A DNA stretch of 64,000 nucleotides from Candidatus Methylomirabilia bacterium (GTDB lineage: Bacteria; Methylomirabilota; Methylomirabilia; Rokubacteriales; CSP1-6), in assembly GCA_041496385.1 (NCBI GenBank), contig JBGQEL010000011.1:1-64000 (forward strand), in the 5' to 3' direction. The notes under the pieces were generated by a model. That model ran no database searches. It was not told where the DNA came from and saw nothing but the letters and a program-made list of their open reading frames with translations. The position numbers and the translations under genes were made by a program. Below, piece by piece: positions 9,999 to 20,725 of this stretch (position 1 is the stretch's first letter; the number at the start of each line of letters is the position of its first letter).

Positions 9999-10457
9999 AT
10001 GCCGACGTTGATGCCGAAGGTGAGCGAGATCGAGCGGAAGTGGCTCGTCGTGGATGCCGAGGGCCAGGTGCTGGGACGGCTGGCGAGTCGCGTCGCGTCA
10101 ATCCTCCGGGGGAAACACAAGCCGAGCTTCGCGCCGCACCTCGACGTGGGCGACCACGTGGTGGTGGTGAACGCCGAGAAGATCCATCTCACCGGGCGAA
10201 AGCTGCGCGACAAGCGCTATCGCTGGCACTCGGGCTACATCGGCGGTCTGCGCGACGTCAGCGCGGAGACCATGATTCGCACCCATCCCGACCGCGTCAT
10301 CGAGTGGGCGGTGCAGGGGATGCTGCCGAAGACGCGGCTCGGCCGCGCGATGGCGAAAAAGTTGAAGGTCTACCGGGGCGCCGCGCATCCGCATCAGGCG
10401 CAGCAGCCCGAGGCGCTTCCGGCGCCCGTGCGCCGGACAGCCGCGGAGGTCCGCTGA
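9999..10457 (+). CDS. rplM: 50S ribosomal protein L13
   Basis: [42 protein letters not shown]. Confidence 0.97.
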   Translation: MPTLMPKVSEIERKWLVVDAEGQVLGRLASRVASILRGKHKPSFAPHLDVGDHVVVVNAEKIHLTGRKLRDKRYRWHSGYIGGLRDVSAETMIRTHPDRVIEWAVQGMLPKTRLGRAMAKKLKVYRGAAHPHQAQQPEALPAPVRRTAAEVR

Positions 10458-10852
10458 TGGCGGTGCTCGACAGGTTCTACGGCACGGGGCGCCGCAAGAC
10501 GTCGGTCGCCCGCGTGTGGATCCGCCCCGGGTCCGGGCGCATCGTCGTCAACCGGCGCCCGTTCGAAGACTACTTCCCGCGCGAGACGCTTCGCATGATC
10601 ATCGCGCAGCCGCTCCAGGTGACGAACACGTTCGGCCAGTTCGACGTCCTCGCCACCGTCAAGGGCGGCGGCCCCAGCGGCCAGGCGGGCGCCGTGCGGC
10701 ACGGCATCGCGCGGGCGATCACCCGCTTCGACGACAAGCTGCGGTCGCCGCTCAAGAAGGCCGGCCTCCTCACCCGCGACCCGCGCATGCGCGAGCGCAA
10801 GAAGTACGGCCAGCCCGGCGCGCGGCAGAAATTCCAGTACTCGAAGCGGTAG
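10457..10852 (+). CDS. rpsI: 30S ribosomal protein S9
   Basis: [29 protein letters not shown]...FQYSKR. Confidence 0.97.
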   Translation: MAVLDRFYGTGRRKTSVARVWIRPGSGRIVVNRRPFEDYFPRETLRMIIAQPLQVTNTFGQFDVLATVKGGGPSGQAGAVRHGIARAITRFDDKLRSPLKKAGLLTRDPRMRERKKYGQPGARQKFQYSKR

Positions 10853-10869
10853 TGTCCGGGCGACCCGAC

Positions 10870-11919
10870 GTGGCGCGCGTAGCGGTTGCCGGCGCGAGCG
10901 GCTACATGGGAGCCGAGCTCCTGCGGCTCCTCCTCGGCCACCCGAAGGTCACGCTGACGGGCGTCACCTCCGACCGGCTCGCGGACGAGCCGCTGGCGCG
11001 CGCGTACCCTCATCTGCGCGGCCTCACCGACCTCCGATTCCACGACCTCGAGGCCGAGTGGCTCGCGGACAACGCCGACCTCGTCTTCCTCGCGCTGCCC
11101 CACATGGAGTCGCAGAAGATCGTGCCCGTGCTGCGGCGGCGCGGCGTCAAGGCGATCGATCTCTCGGCCGACTACCGGCTGCGCGAGGCCGACGACTACG
11201 TCGTCTGGTACAAGACGCCGCACACCGACCCCGCGGGACTCGCCGAGGCGGTCTACGGGCTGCCCGAGCTCCACCGGAAGGCGATCGCCGGCGCCGCGCT
11301 CGTCGCCTCGCCCGGCTGCTACTCCGCGGGCGCCGTGCTCGCGACGGCGCCGCTGCTCGAGCGCGGGCTCGCGAGACTCGAGGGGATCGTGATCGACGGC
11401 AAGTCCGGCGTGACCGGCGCCGGCGCCCAGGGCCGGAAGATCGATCCGATGTACCTCTTCACCGAGGCGAACGAGAACGTGCAGGCCTACGCGATCGCGA
11501 GCCACCGGCACACGCCGGAGATCGAGCAGGAGCTCGGGGCGCTCGCGGGCGCGCCCGTGCGAGTCGCGTTCACGCCGCACCTGGTGCCGCTCAACCGTGG
11601 CCTCTTCACGACCGCGTCGGTGCCGCTCACCCAGCCGCTTCCCACGGCGGCGCTGCTCGAGGTCTACCGCGAGTTCTACGCCGGCGAGCCCTTCGTGCGC
11701 GTGCTCGACGAGGGCGAGCGGCCGACCACGCGCGGCGTGGTCGGCTCCAACTACTGCGACGTCACGGTGGTCGCGGACGCCCGGACCGGACGCGCGGTGT
11801 GCGTGTCGGCGATCGACAACCTGGGCAAGGGCGGCTCGGCCAACGGCGTCCAGAACCTCAACGTCCTCTTCGGCTGGCCCGAGCGCGCGGGACTCGAGGC
11901 CCCGCCCGTGTATCCGTAG
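10870..11919 (+). CDS. argC: N-acetyl-gamma-glutamyl-phosphate reductase
   Basis: GASGYMGAEL, FLALPH, DLSADYRL, YGLPEL, ASPGCY, IDNLGKG; alternative GTG start at 10852. Confidence 0.95.
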   Translation: MARVAVAGASGYMGAELLRLLLGHPKVTLTGVTSDRLADEPLARAYPHLRGLTDLRFHDLEAEWLADNADLVFLALPHMESQKIVPVLRRRGVKAIDLSADYRLREADDYVVWYKTPHTDPAGLAEAVYGLPELHRKAIAGAALVASPGCYSAGAVLATAPLLERGLARLEGIVIDGKSGVTGAGAQGRKIDPMYLFTEANENVQAYAIASHRHTPEIEQELGALAGAPVRVAFTPHLVPLNRGLFTTASVPLTQPLPTAALLEVYREFYAGEPFVRVLDEGERPTTRGVVGSNYCDVTVVADARTGRAVCVSAIDNLGKGGSANGVQNLNVLFGWPERAGLEAPPVYP

Positions 11920-11923
11920 CGCG

Positions 11924-13144
11924 ATGGCGTCACCGGATCTCGACTGGCTGGACGGCGGCGTGACCGCGGTGCCCGGCGTGCTGGCGGGCGGCGTCGTGGC
12001 GGGCATCAAGCCCTCGGGCAAGAAGGATCTCGCGCTCATCTACTCCTCGACGCCCGCGCGCGTGGCGGCGGAGTTCACGTCGAACCAGGTGAAGGGCGCG
12101 CCCGTGCTGGTCTCGATGGAGCACGCGCGGGGCGGCCAGGCGCAAGCGATCGTCGCCTCGAGCGGCTGCGCCAACGTCTGCACGGGCGAGCGCGGCATCA
12201 AGGACGCGCGCGAGATGGCGAAGCTCGCGGGGGACCTCTTGAGAATCCCGGCGGGCCACGTGCTGGTCGCGTCCACCGGGGTGATCGGCGTCCCGCTCCC
12301 GATGGAGAAGATCCGGACCGCGCTGCCGAAGCTCGTGAAGGCGCTCTCGCCGCAGGGCGGCCGGGCCGCCGCCGAGGCGATCATGACGACCGACACGCGC
12401 CCGAAGGAGGCGGCGCTCCGGCTCGAGGTCAATCGCCGGCCGGTGACGATCGGCGGCATCGCGAAGGGGGTCGCGATGCTCGAGCCGCATCTCGCGACGA
12501 TGTTCTGCTTCGTCGCCACCGACGCCGCCCTCGCGCGCGACGCGCTGCGCGGGGTCGTCCGGCGCGGGGTCGACCGGTCCTTCAACCGGATCAGCGTGGA
12601 CACGGATCAGTCGACGAGCGACACGGTCGCGGTGCTGGCCAACGGTCTGGCCGAGAACGCCCTGCTCGAGGAGGGTGGCCGGGGACTCCGGCAGTTCGCC
12701 GCCGGGCTCGAGGCCGTCATGACGCGGCTCGCGCGGATGCTGGTCGCCGACGGCGAGGGCGCGACCAAGCTCGTCTGCGTCACCGTCCGCGGCGCCGCCA
12801 GCCGCCGCGACGCCCTGCTGGCCGCCCGGAGCGTCGCGAACTCGCCGCTCGTGAAGACCGCGATCAACGGCGCCGACCCCAACTGGGGGCGGATCATGAT
12901 GGCGCTCGGCAAGTCGGCCGCGCGGGTGGACCAGGAGAAGGTCGCCGTCCTCTTCCAGGACGAGCGGGTGGTCGAGCGCGGCGTGCTGCGCGAGGGCGCG
13001 CGCCTCGAGCGCGTTCGCGAGATCATGGCAGGCCAGGAGTACGACATCACGATCGACCTCGGACTGGGCCGCGGGGAGGATCGGGTGTGGACCTGCGACC
13101 TCAGCGAGGAGTACGTGCGGCTCAACGGCAAGTACACGACGTAA
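11924..13144 (+). CDS. argJ: ornithine acetyltransferase / N-acetylglutamate synthase
   Basis: ASTGVIG, IMTTDT, AKG..M..HLATM (Thr nucleophile), [29 protein letters not shown]. Confidence 0.95.
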   Translation: MASPDLDWLDGGVTAVPGVLAGGVVAGIKPSGKKDLALIYSSTPARVAAEFTSNQVKGAPVLVSMEHARGGQAQAIVASSGCANVCTGERGIKDAREMAKLAGDLLRIPAGHVLVASTGVIGVPLPMEKIRTALPKLVKALSPQGGRAAAEAIMTTDTRPKEAALRLEVNRRPVTIGGIAKGVAMLEPHLATMFCFVATDAALARDALRGVVRRGVDRSFNRISVDTDQSTSDTVAVLANGLAENALLEEGGRGLRQFAAGLEAVMTRLARMLVADGEGATKLVCVTVRGAASRRDALLAARSVANSPLVKTAINGADPNWGRIMMALGKSAARVDQEKVAVLFQDERVVERGVLREGARLERVREIMAGQEYDITIDLGLGRGEDRVWTCDLSEEYVRLNGKYTT

Positions 13145-13147
13145 CGA

Positions 13148-13239
13148 ACCATCACGCACGCCGCGCGCTTTCGGTGATAGTGCGAGCCGTCCGAGGCGAG
13201 CCTGTCGAGCGCGGCGGAGGACAAACCGAAGGAGGACGC
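13148..13239 (+). ncRNA. rpsB 5' leader (t44/S2-leader-like autoregulatory RNA)
   Basis: CACGCACGCCGCGC ... GCGCGGCGGAGGACAAACC long-range stem directly upstream of the rpsB RBS; matches the general rpsB leader layout. Confidence 0.55.
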
Positions 13240-14010
13240 ATGGCGGCGCTGACGATGAAGGAGCTGCTCGAGGCCGGGGTGCACTTCGGCCATCAAACCA
13301 AGCGCTGGAACCCGAAGATGCAGAAGTACATCTTCGGCGAGCGCAACGGTATCTACATCATCGACCTGCAGAAGACGCTCAAGAAGTTCCGCGAGGCCTA
13401 TGCGTTCGTGCGCGACCTCGCGGCCGGCGGTGGCTCGGTGCTCTTCATCGGGACCAAAAAGCAGGCCCAGGAGACGGTCTTCGAGGAGGCAAGCCGCTGC
13501 GCGGGCTACTACGTCAACCAGCGCTGGCTGGGCGGGACGCTGACGAACTTCACCACGATCCGGAAGTCGATCTCCCGGCTCAAGAAGCTCGAGGAGATGA
13601 AGGAGACGGGCGAGTTCGAGCGGGTGCCGAAGAAGGAGGCCCTCGAGCTCGACCGCGAGCGCGAGAAGCTCCAGAAGGCGCTCATCGGCATCAAGGCCAT
13701 GGAGCAGCTCCCCGCGGCGGTGTTCATCATCGATCCGCGGAAGGAGCGGATCGCGGTCGCGGAGGCGCAGCGCCTCGGCATCCCGATCGTCGCCATCGTG
13801 GACACGAACTGCGACCCGACGGGGATCGACTACCCGGTCCCCGGCAATGACGACGCGATCCGGGCCGTCCGGCTCATCACCTCGCGTATCGCGGACGCCG
13901 TCAACGAGGGGCGCGGCACGCTGGCCAAGGACGAGGCGGAAGAAGTGGTGGACGCGGGGGACGCCGCCGCCGAGCCGCCGGCGATGGCCGCGGCCGAGGC
14001 GGAGTCCTGA
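13240..14010 (+). CDS. rpsB: 30S ribosomal protein S2
   Basis: [53 protein letters not shown]. Confidence 0.97.
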   Translation: MAALTMKELLEAGVHFGHQTKRWNPKMQKYIFGERNGIYIIDLQKTLKKFREAYAFVRDLAAGGGSVLFIGTKKQAQETVFEEASRCAGYYVNQRWLGGTLTNFTTIRKSISRLKKLEEMKETGEFERVPKKEALELDREREKLQKALIGIKAMEQLPAAVFIIDPRKERIAVAEAQRLGIPIVAIVDTNCDPTGIDYPVPGNDDAIRAVRLITSRIADAVNEGRGTLAKDEAEEVVDAGDAAAEPPAMAAAEAES

Positions 14011-14013
14011 GCG

Positions 14014-14619
<606 letters not shown>

Positions 14620-14621
14620 GC

Positions 14622-15362
14622 ATGGCGGCGGGGGCCGACACCCCACGCCCGGCGTACCGCCGTATCGTCCTGAAGCTTTCCGGCGAGGCGCTCGCGGGGA
14701 GCCAGGGCTACGGGATCGATCCGCAGATCGCCGAGCGGATCGCGCGGGAAGTGGGCGACGTCACGACGCTCGGCGTCCAGATCGCCATCGTCATCGGCGG
14801 CGGCAACATCTTCCGCGGCGTCGCCGCGAGCGCGGCCGGCATGGACCGCGCCACCGCCGACTACATGGGCATGCTGGCCACGGTCATCAACGCGCTCGCG
14901 CTGCAGGACGCGCTCGAGAAGGCGGGTGTGCAGACGCGCGTGCTCTCCGCGATCGAGATGCGCGCGGTGGCCGAACCCTACATCCGCCGCCGCGCCATAC
15001 GGCACCTCGAGAAGGGACGCGTCGTGATCTTCGCGGCCGGCACGGGCAACCCCTTCTTCACGACCGACACGGCCGGCGCGCTGCGCGCCGTGGAGATCGG
15101 CGCCGACGCGATCATGAAGGCGACCAAGGTCGACGGCATCTATTCGGCCGATCCGAAGCGGGACGCGACCGCGCAGCACCTGCCGCGCGTGACGTATATC
15201 GACGCGCTCAACCGCCGGCTACAGGTCATGGACACCACGGCCATCTCGCTCTGCATGGAGAACGCGCTGCCGATCATCGTCTTCGATCTGACCCGTTCGG
15301 GAAACATCCGGCGGATCGTGCTCGGCGAGCCCGTTGGCTCGATCGTGTCCGGAGGAGGATGA
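14622..15362 (+). CDS. pyrH: UMP kinase
   Basis: [44 protein letters not shown]. Confidence 0.97.
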   Translation: MAAGADTPRPAYRRIVLKLSGEALAGSQGYGIDPQIAERIAREVGDVTTLGVQIAIVIGGGNIFRGVAASAAGMDRATADYMGMLATVINALALQDALEKAGVQTRVLSAIEMRAVAEPYIRRRAIRHLEKGRVVIFAAGTGNPFFTTDTAGALRAVEIGADAIMKATKVDGIYSADPKRDATAQHLPRVTYIDALNRRLQVMDTTAISLCMENALPIIVFDLTRSGNIRRIVLGEPVGSIVSGGG

Positions 15363-15922
15363 CGGGGATGCAGACGCTGGTGAAAGAGGTGGAGACCAAG
15401 ATGACCGCGGCGCTCGACACGCTCGGCCGCGACTTCGCCACCGTGCGAACGGGCCGCGCGGCGGCGGGGATCCTCGACGGGATCCGCGTGGACTACTACG
15501 GGACGCCGACGCCTGTGAACCAGATGGCCTCGGTCACGGTCCCGGACGCGCGGACGCTCGTGATCCAGCCCTGGGAGGCGGCGCAGCTCAAGGCGATCGA
15601 GAAGGCGATCGTCGCCTCCGACCTCGGACTCACGCCCCAGAACGATGGGAAGGTCGTCCGCCTCAACATGCCGTCGCCGACCGAGGAGCGACGCAAGCAG
15701 CTCGCCAAGACCGTCCACAAGCTCGCCGAGGACTCCCGCGTGGCGATCCGCAACATCCGGCGCGAGGCCAACGACAAGCTCAAGGCCATGGCGAAGGACA
15801 GGAAGGTCTCGGAGGACGAGGAGCGACGCGGCCACGACCAGGTTCAGAAGACCACCGACCGATTCATCGCCAAAGTCGACGAGCTCCTGAAGAAGAAGGA
15901 GCAGGAAATTTTGTCCTTCTGA
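15359..15922 (+). CDS. frr: ribosome recycling factor
   Basis: [29 protein letters not shown]; alternative ATG at 15368. Confidence 0.97.
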   Translation: MTGMQTLVKEVETKMTAALDTLGRDFATVRTGRAAAGILDGIRVDYYGTPTPVNQMASVTVPDARTLVIQPWEAAQLKAIEKAIVASDLGLTPQNDGKVVRLNMPSPTEERRKQLAKTVHKLAEDSRVAIRNIRREANDKLKAMAKDRKVSEDEERRGHDQVQKTTDRFIAKVDELLKKKEQEILSF

Positions 15923-15944
15923 CGATGTGTGAGATGACCCTCGC

Positions 15945-16727
15945 ATGACGCTGAGATCCGCGCGGGCGCCGCGCCAGGCCGACCTGGGGGCGCTCAGCAA
16001 GACCGAGCTGCTCGAGGTCGTGCGGTCGCAGCCGGTTCCCGAGCACGTCGCCATCATCATGGATGGCAACGGGCGCTGGGCGACGCGGCGCGGCCTGCCG
16101 CGCGTCGCCGGCCACCGGGAGGGCGTGAAGACGGCCCGCGCCGTGGTGCGCGCGGCCGAGACGCTCGGCGTCCGCTACCTGACGCTCTACGCGTTCTCGA
16201 CGGAGAACTGGAGCCGCCCGGCCCAGGAGGTCTCGACGCTCATGAAGCTGCTCGAGCGCGCGATCCGCTCCGAGCTGCCCGACCTGATGGCGCGCAACGC
16301 GCGCTTCCGGGTGGTCGGCCGCTCCAGCGGTGTCCCGTCGGCCGTGCGCCGGGGGCTCGATCACGTCGCCAAGGAGACGCGGCACAACACCGGCCTGACC
16401 ATCCTGCTGGCGTTCAACTACGGCGGCCGCGACGAGCTGGTCGACGCCTTCCGAGCGCTCGCGCGCCAGGTGGCGGCGGGCGAGCTCGACCCGGAGGACA
16501 TCGGGGAGAAGGAGGTCGCGCAGGCGCTCTACACGGCCGATATTCCCGACCCCGACCTCCTCATCCGCACGAGCGGGGAGATGCGCATCTCGAACTTCCT
16601 CCTCTGGCAGATCGCCTACACCGAGCTCTGGGTGACCCCCACGCTCTGGCCCGACTTCGGGGCGGCCGAGCTCTACCGCGCGATCGCCGACTTCCAGCGG
16701 CGCTCGCGCCGCTTTGGAGGCGTATGA
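15945..16727 (+). CDS. uppS: undecaprenyl diphosphate synthase (isoprenyl transferase)
   Basis: HVAIIMDGNGRWA, YAFSTENWSRP, NYGGRDE, DLLIRTSGEMRISNFLLWQ. Confidence 0.97.
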   Translation: MTLRSARAPRQADLGALSKTELLEVVRSQPVPEHVAIIMDGNGRWATRRGLPRVAGHREGVKTARAVVRAAETLGVRYLTLYAFSTENWSRPAQEVSTLMKLLERAIRSELPDLMARNARFRVVGRSSGVPSAVRRGLDHVAKETRHNTGLTILLAFNYGGRDELVDAFRALARQVAAGELDPEDIGEKEVAQALYTADIPDPDLLIRTSGEMRISNFLLWQIAYTELWVTPTLWPDFGAAELYRAIADFQRRSRRFGGV

Positions 16728-17881
16728 AGCGGCTCACGCTCCTGGGCGCCACGGGCTCGATCGGTCTGCGTACGCTCGAGATCGTCTCGAGCTTTCCCGA
16801 GGAGTTCGAGGTCGCGGGGCTTGCCGCCCGCGGGTCGAACGTGGAGCTGATCGCCGACCTCTGCCGGAAGTATTCGCCGCGCGCGGTGGCGCTGCTCGAC
16901 ACGGCCGCCGTGGACCGGCTGGCCCGCCTGCTGGTCGCGCCGCGGCCCGAGATCCTGGCCGGCCCGGCGGGGCTCGTCGCGCTCGCGGGCGAGGTCGAGG
17001 CCGACGTCGTCGTGTCCGCGCTCGTGGGCGCCGCGGGCCTGCTGCCGACGATGGCGGCGATCCTCGCCGGACGCACCGTCGCGCTCGCCAACAAGGAGAC
17101 GCTGGTGATGGCGGGGCGCCTCATGACGGCGGCCGCTCGGCAGCGCGGCGTGAGGCTCCTACCCGTGGACTCCGAGCACAGCGCGATCTTCCAGTGCCTC
17201 GTCGGCCACAACCGCGGAGACGTCCACCGGATCCTGCTCACCGCGTCCGGCGGCCCCTTCCGCGAGACGCCGAAGGCGCGGCTCGCGACGGTGACGGTGG
17301 AGGACGCGCTGCGCCACCCGACCTGGAAGATGGGCGCGAAGATCACGATCGACTCGGCCACGCTGATGAACAAGGGCCTCGAGATCATCGAGGCCCGCTG
17401 GCTCTTCGACCTCGCCCCCGACCAGGTGGAGGTCGTCGTCCACCCGCAGTCCATCGTGCATTCGATGGTCGAGTACATCGACGGCTCGGTGATCGCCCAG
17501 CTCGGCGTCGCCGACATGGGCGTGCCGATCCTCTATGCGCTCACGTACCCCGAGCGACGGCCGACCCCTGCGGCGCGGCTCGATCTGACGCGCGTCGGAC
17601 AGCTCACCTTCTTCGAGCCCGATGGGGACAAGTTCCCGTGCCTGGGTCTGGCGCGCGCGGCGCTCGCGCAGGAGGGCGCGGCCCCCGTCGTGCTCAACGC
17701 GGCGAACGAGATCGCGGTCGCCGCGTTCCTCGACCGCAAGATCGGGTTCAACGCCATCGCCGAGCTCATCGAGCGCGCGCTCGCCGCGCCACGCCCCGGC
17801 GAGGTCGCCTCCATCGAGGCGTGCGTGCAGGTCGATGTCGAGACACGGCGCCGGGTCGCGGCCTGGGTCGAGGAGCGCTGA
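16724..17881 (+). CDS. dxr: 1-deoxy-D-xylulose 5-phosphate reductoisomerase
   Basis: LGATGSIG, LANKE, PVDSEHSAIFQ, HPTWKMGAKITIDSATLMNKGLE. Confidence 0.97.
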   Translation: MKRLTLLGATGSIGLRTLEIVSSFPEEFEVAGLAARGSNVELIADLCRKYSPRAVALLDTAAVDRLARLLVAPRPEILAGPAGLVALAGEVEADVVVSALVGAAGLLPTMAAILAGRTVALANKETLVMAGRLMTAAARQRGVRLLPVDSEHSAIFQCLVGHNRGDVHRILLTASGGPFRETPKARLATVTVEDALRHPTWKMGAKITIDSATLMNKGLEIIEARWLFDLAPDQVEVVVHPQSIVHSMVEYIDGSVIAQLGVADMGVPILYALTYPERRPTPAARLDLTRVGQLTFFEPDGDKFPCLGLARAALAQEGAAPVVLNAANEIAVAAFLDRKIGFNAIAELIERALAAPRPGEVASIEACVQVDVETRRRVAAWVEER

Positions 17882-19284
17882 TGTTCGACGCCCTGGATGC
17901 CATCGTGCGCGTCGATACGCTGAAGACGCTCGTGTCGTTCTTCGTCGTCATCGGCGTCCTGATCCTGATCCATGAGCTCGGCCACTTCATCGTCGCCCGC
18001 CTGTGCGGGGTCGGCGTCGAACGGTTCTCCATCGGCTTCGGTCCGGTGCTGTTGCGCTGGCGCGGCAAGGAGACCGAGTATTGCCTGTCGGCGATCCCGA
18101 TGGGCGGCTACGTGAAGATGATGGGCGAGGAGAATCCCCTCGAGGGCGGCGCCGCGATCACCTACGATCCGGCCAAGGCGTTCGCGCTGAAGTCTCTGCC
18201 CGCGCGTTTCCTCATCGTCTTCGCGGGGCCGGGGATGAACTTCGTCCTCGCCGCGCTGATCTTCACGGTGGTGCTCGCGACCGTCGGGCGCCCCGTGTGG
18301 CCGGCGGCGGTGGGTCGCGTGGTCGACGGCGGGTCGGCGGCGGCCGCCGGCCTCCGGACCGGAGACGTCGTGACCCGGGTGGACGGCGGCCCCGTCTCGT
18401 ACTGGGAGGATCTCGAGCGCGCGGTCGCCGCGTCGCACGGCCGCCCGCTCGCGCTGGGCGTACGGCGCGGGAGCACGGAGCTGGCCCTGACCGCGACGCC
18501 GCGACAGACGACGGTGCGCGACCCGATCTTCCGGGACCCGAAGGAGGCCTGGGACCTCGGGGCGGGACCGCAGCTGACGCCGCAGATCGGCTCCGTGAAT
18601 GCCGGCTCGCCGGCGGAGAAGGCGGGGCTGCGCGCCGGCGATCTCGTCGTCGAGGTCGCGGGCCAGCCGGTCTTCACGCCGGACGAGCTCATGCAGGGGA
18701 TCCAGAAGCGCGCCGGCCAGACCTTCGACCTCGTCGTCGAACGCGCCGGCCGCCGGGAGACCACGAGCGTGACGGCCACCTCCGTCCGCGAGAAGGGACC
18801 GGGAGGTCAGGAGAGCGAGATCGGCAGGATCGGCGTCGGGATCGTCACGAAGGTCGTCCGGTACGAGGCCTACAACCCGCTGCTCGCCGTCGCGTACGGG
18901 TGGGTGAAGACCTGGGATATGACGGTGCTGACCGCGAAAGGCCTCTGGAAGGTCGTCTCCCGGCAGATCGAGTCGTCGAACATCGGCGGGCCGATTCAAA
19001 TCGCCGCCGAGGCCGGCCGCCAAGCGAAGGAGGGCGTCGCGTCGCTCGCGCTCTTCACCGCGATCATCAGCGTGAACCTCGCGCTCCTGAATCTCCTGCC
19101 GGTGCCGATGCTCGACGGCGGGCACCTCTTCTTCTTCGTCATCGAGGGGGTGCTGGGTCGGCCGCTGTCGCTCCGGAAGCGCGAGGCGGCGCAGCAGCTC
19201 GGCTTCGTTTTGCTAATGCTCCTGATGGTCTACGCGCTCTACAATGACCTGGTGCGGATCGACGCGTTCAAAATCTTCCGATAG
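17881..19284 (+). CDS. rseP: RIP metalloprotease RseP (two PDZ domains)
   Basis: HELGH, FSIGFG, GGYVKM, AGPGMN, NLLPVPMLDGGH. Confidence 0.95.
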   Translation: MFDALDAIVRVDTLKTLVSFFVVIGVLILIHELGHFIVARLCGVGVERFSIGFGPVLLRWRGKETEYCLSAIPMGGYVKMMGEENPLEGGAAITYDPAKAFALKSLPARFLIVFAGPGMNFVLAALIFTVVLATVGRPVWPAAVGRVVDGGSAAAAGLRTGDVVTRVDGGPVSYWEDLERAVAASHGRPLALGVRRGSTELALTATPRQTTVRDPIFRDPKEAWDLGAGPQLTPQIGSVNAGSPAEKAGLRAGDLVVEVAGQPVFTPDELMQGIQKRAGQTFDLVVERAGRRETTSVTATSVREKGPGGQESEIGRIGVGIVTKVVRYEAYNPLLAVAYGWVKTWDMTVLTAKGLWKVVSRQIESSNIGGPIQIAAEAGRQAKEGVASLALFTAIISVNLALLNLLPVPMLDGGHLFFFVIEGVLGRPLSLRKREAAQQLGFVLLMLLMVYALYNDLVRIDAFKIFR

Positions 19285-19293
19285 GACGAGGCG

Positions 19294-20391
19294 ATGATCA
19301 CACGGCGGAAGACGCGGCAGATACAGCTCGGCAACGTCAAGGTCGGCGGCGGCGCGCCGGTCAGCGTCCAGTCCATGACCAAGACCGACACGCGCGACGT
19401 CCAGGCCACGCTGCTGGAGATCTGGTCGCTGGAGGTCGCGGGCTGCGACATCGTCCGCTGCGCCGTGCCCGTCCGGGAGGCCGCGGAGAAGCTCGGCGAG
19501 ATCAAGCGGCAGATCCGCATTCCGCTCGTCGCCGACATCCACTTCAACTACAAGCTGGCGTTGATCGCGCTCGAGCAAGGCGTGGACGGGCTCCGGCTCA
19601 ATCCCGGCAACATCGGCGGCAAGCAGTTCGTCCGGGAGGTCGTCAACCTCGCGAAGGACAAGCGGATCCCGATTCGCATCGGCGTGAATGCGGGCTCGCT
19701 CGAGAAGGACCTGCTGGCGAAATACGGCGGACCGAGCCCCGAGGGGATGGTGGAATCCGCGCTCCGGCACATCCGGATCCTCGAGGACTGCGGCTACCCC
19801 GAGATGAAGGTGTCGCTCAAGGCGTCCGACCCGCTCATGACGATCGAGGCGTACCGCGCGCTCGCCGACCAGGTCCAGTACCCGTTCCATCTCGGCGTCA
19901 CCGAGGCCGGCACGCCGGGCGTCGGGACGATCAAGTCGTCGGTCGGCCTGGGGGCACTCCTCTCCCAGGGTATCGGTGACACGATCCGCGTCTCGCTCTC
20001 CGCCGACCCCACCGAGGAGGTGCGCGTCGGCATCGATATCCTGAAATCGCTCGGATTCCGCAAGGGGGGCCTCACGTTCGTCTCGTGCCCCTCGTGCGGC
20101 CGCGCCGACGTGGATCTCGTCAAGCTCGCGCGCGAGGTCGAGGACGAGTTCCGCGGCCTGAACGAGGAGATCCACATCGCGGTGATGGGCTGCGAGGTCA
20201 ACGGCCCGGGCGAGGCCCGCGCCGCGGACATCGGCGTCGCGGGCGGGCGCGGGATCGGACTCATCTTCAAGGGCGGTGAAGTGATCCGGAAGGTCCCCGA
20301 GAAGGACATCGTCAAAGCGATGCGCGAGGAAGTGGACAAGTTCGTCGCCGAGCGGAAGGCCGCGACCGCCACGGCGGGCGCGGACGCCTGA
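19294..20391 (+). CDS. ispG: (E)-4-hydroxy-3-methylbut-2-enyl-diphosphate synthase
   Basis: VQSMT, ADIHF, RLNPGN, RIGVNAGSL, HLGVTEAG, SCPSCGR, MGCEVNGPGE. Confidence 0.97.
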   Translation: MITRRKTRQIQLGNVKVGGGAPVSVQSMTKTDTRDVQATLLEIWSLEVAGCDIVRCAVPVREAAEKLGEIKRQIRIPLVADIHFNYKLALIALEQGVDGLRLNPGNIGGKQFVREVVNLAKDKRIPIRIGVNAGSLEKDLLAKYGGPSPEGMVESALRHIRILEDCGYPEMKVSLKASDPLMTIEAYRALADQVQYPFHLGVTEAGTPGVGTIKSSVGLGALLSQGIGDTIRVSLSADPTEEVRVGIDILKSLGFRKGGLTFVSCPSCGRADVDLVKLAREVEDEFRGLNEEIHIAVMGCEVNGPGEARAADIGVAGGRGIGLIFKGGEVIRKVPEKDIVKAMREEVDKFVAERKAATATAGADA

Positions 20392-20723
20392 TGGGCCAAT
20401 ACCGCACCCACGTCTTCGTCTGCACGTCGGGTGACGACTGCCCGACGCAGGGCGACGTCGAGCAATTCGTGAAGTACCTCCGCGGCGAGGCGGCCCGGGC
20501 GGGCCTCAAGGACGAGGTGCGGATCAACAAGGCCGGGTGCTTCTCGCAGTGCGGGCACGGGCCGATGATGGTGGTCTATCCCGAGAACGTCTGGTACGGC
20601 GGTGTTCAGGCCGGGGACCTCAAGGACATCTTCGAGTCGCACATCCAGGGCGGCCGACCGGTCGAGCGACTCCGCTACGAGCCCGGCGTCAAGGGGGCCA
20701 ACAAGAAGAAGGACGCGAAGTAA
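20391..20723 (+). CDS. thioredoxin-like (2Fe-2S) ferredoxin
   Basis: HVFVC-x5-C ... GCFSQCGHGPMMVVYPENVWY; TGATG coupling to ispG. Confidence 0.88.
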   Translation: MGQYRTHVFVCTSGDDCPTQGDVEQFVKYLRGEAARAGLKDEVRINKAGCFSQCGHGPMMVVYPENVWYGGVQAGDLKDIFESHIQGGRPVERLRYEPGVKGANKKKDAK

Positions 20724-20725
20724 CC

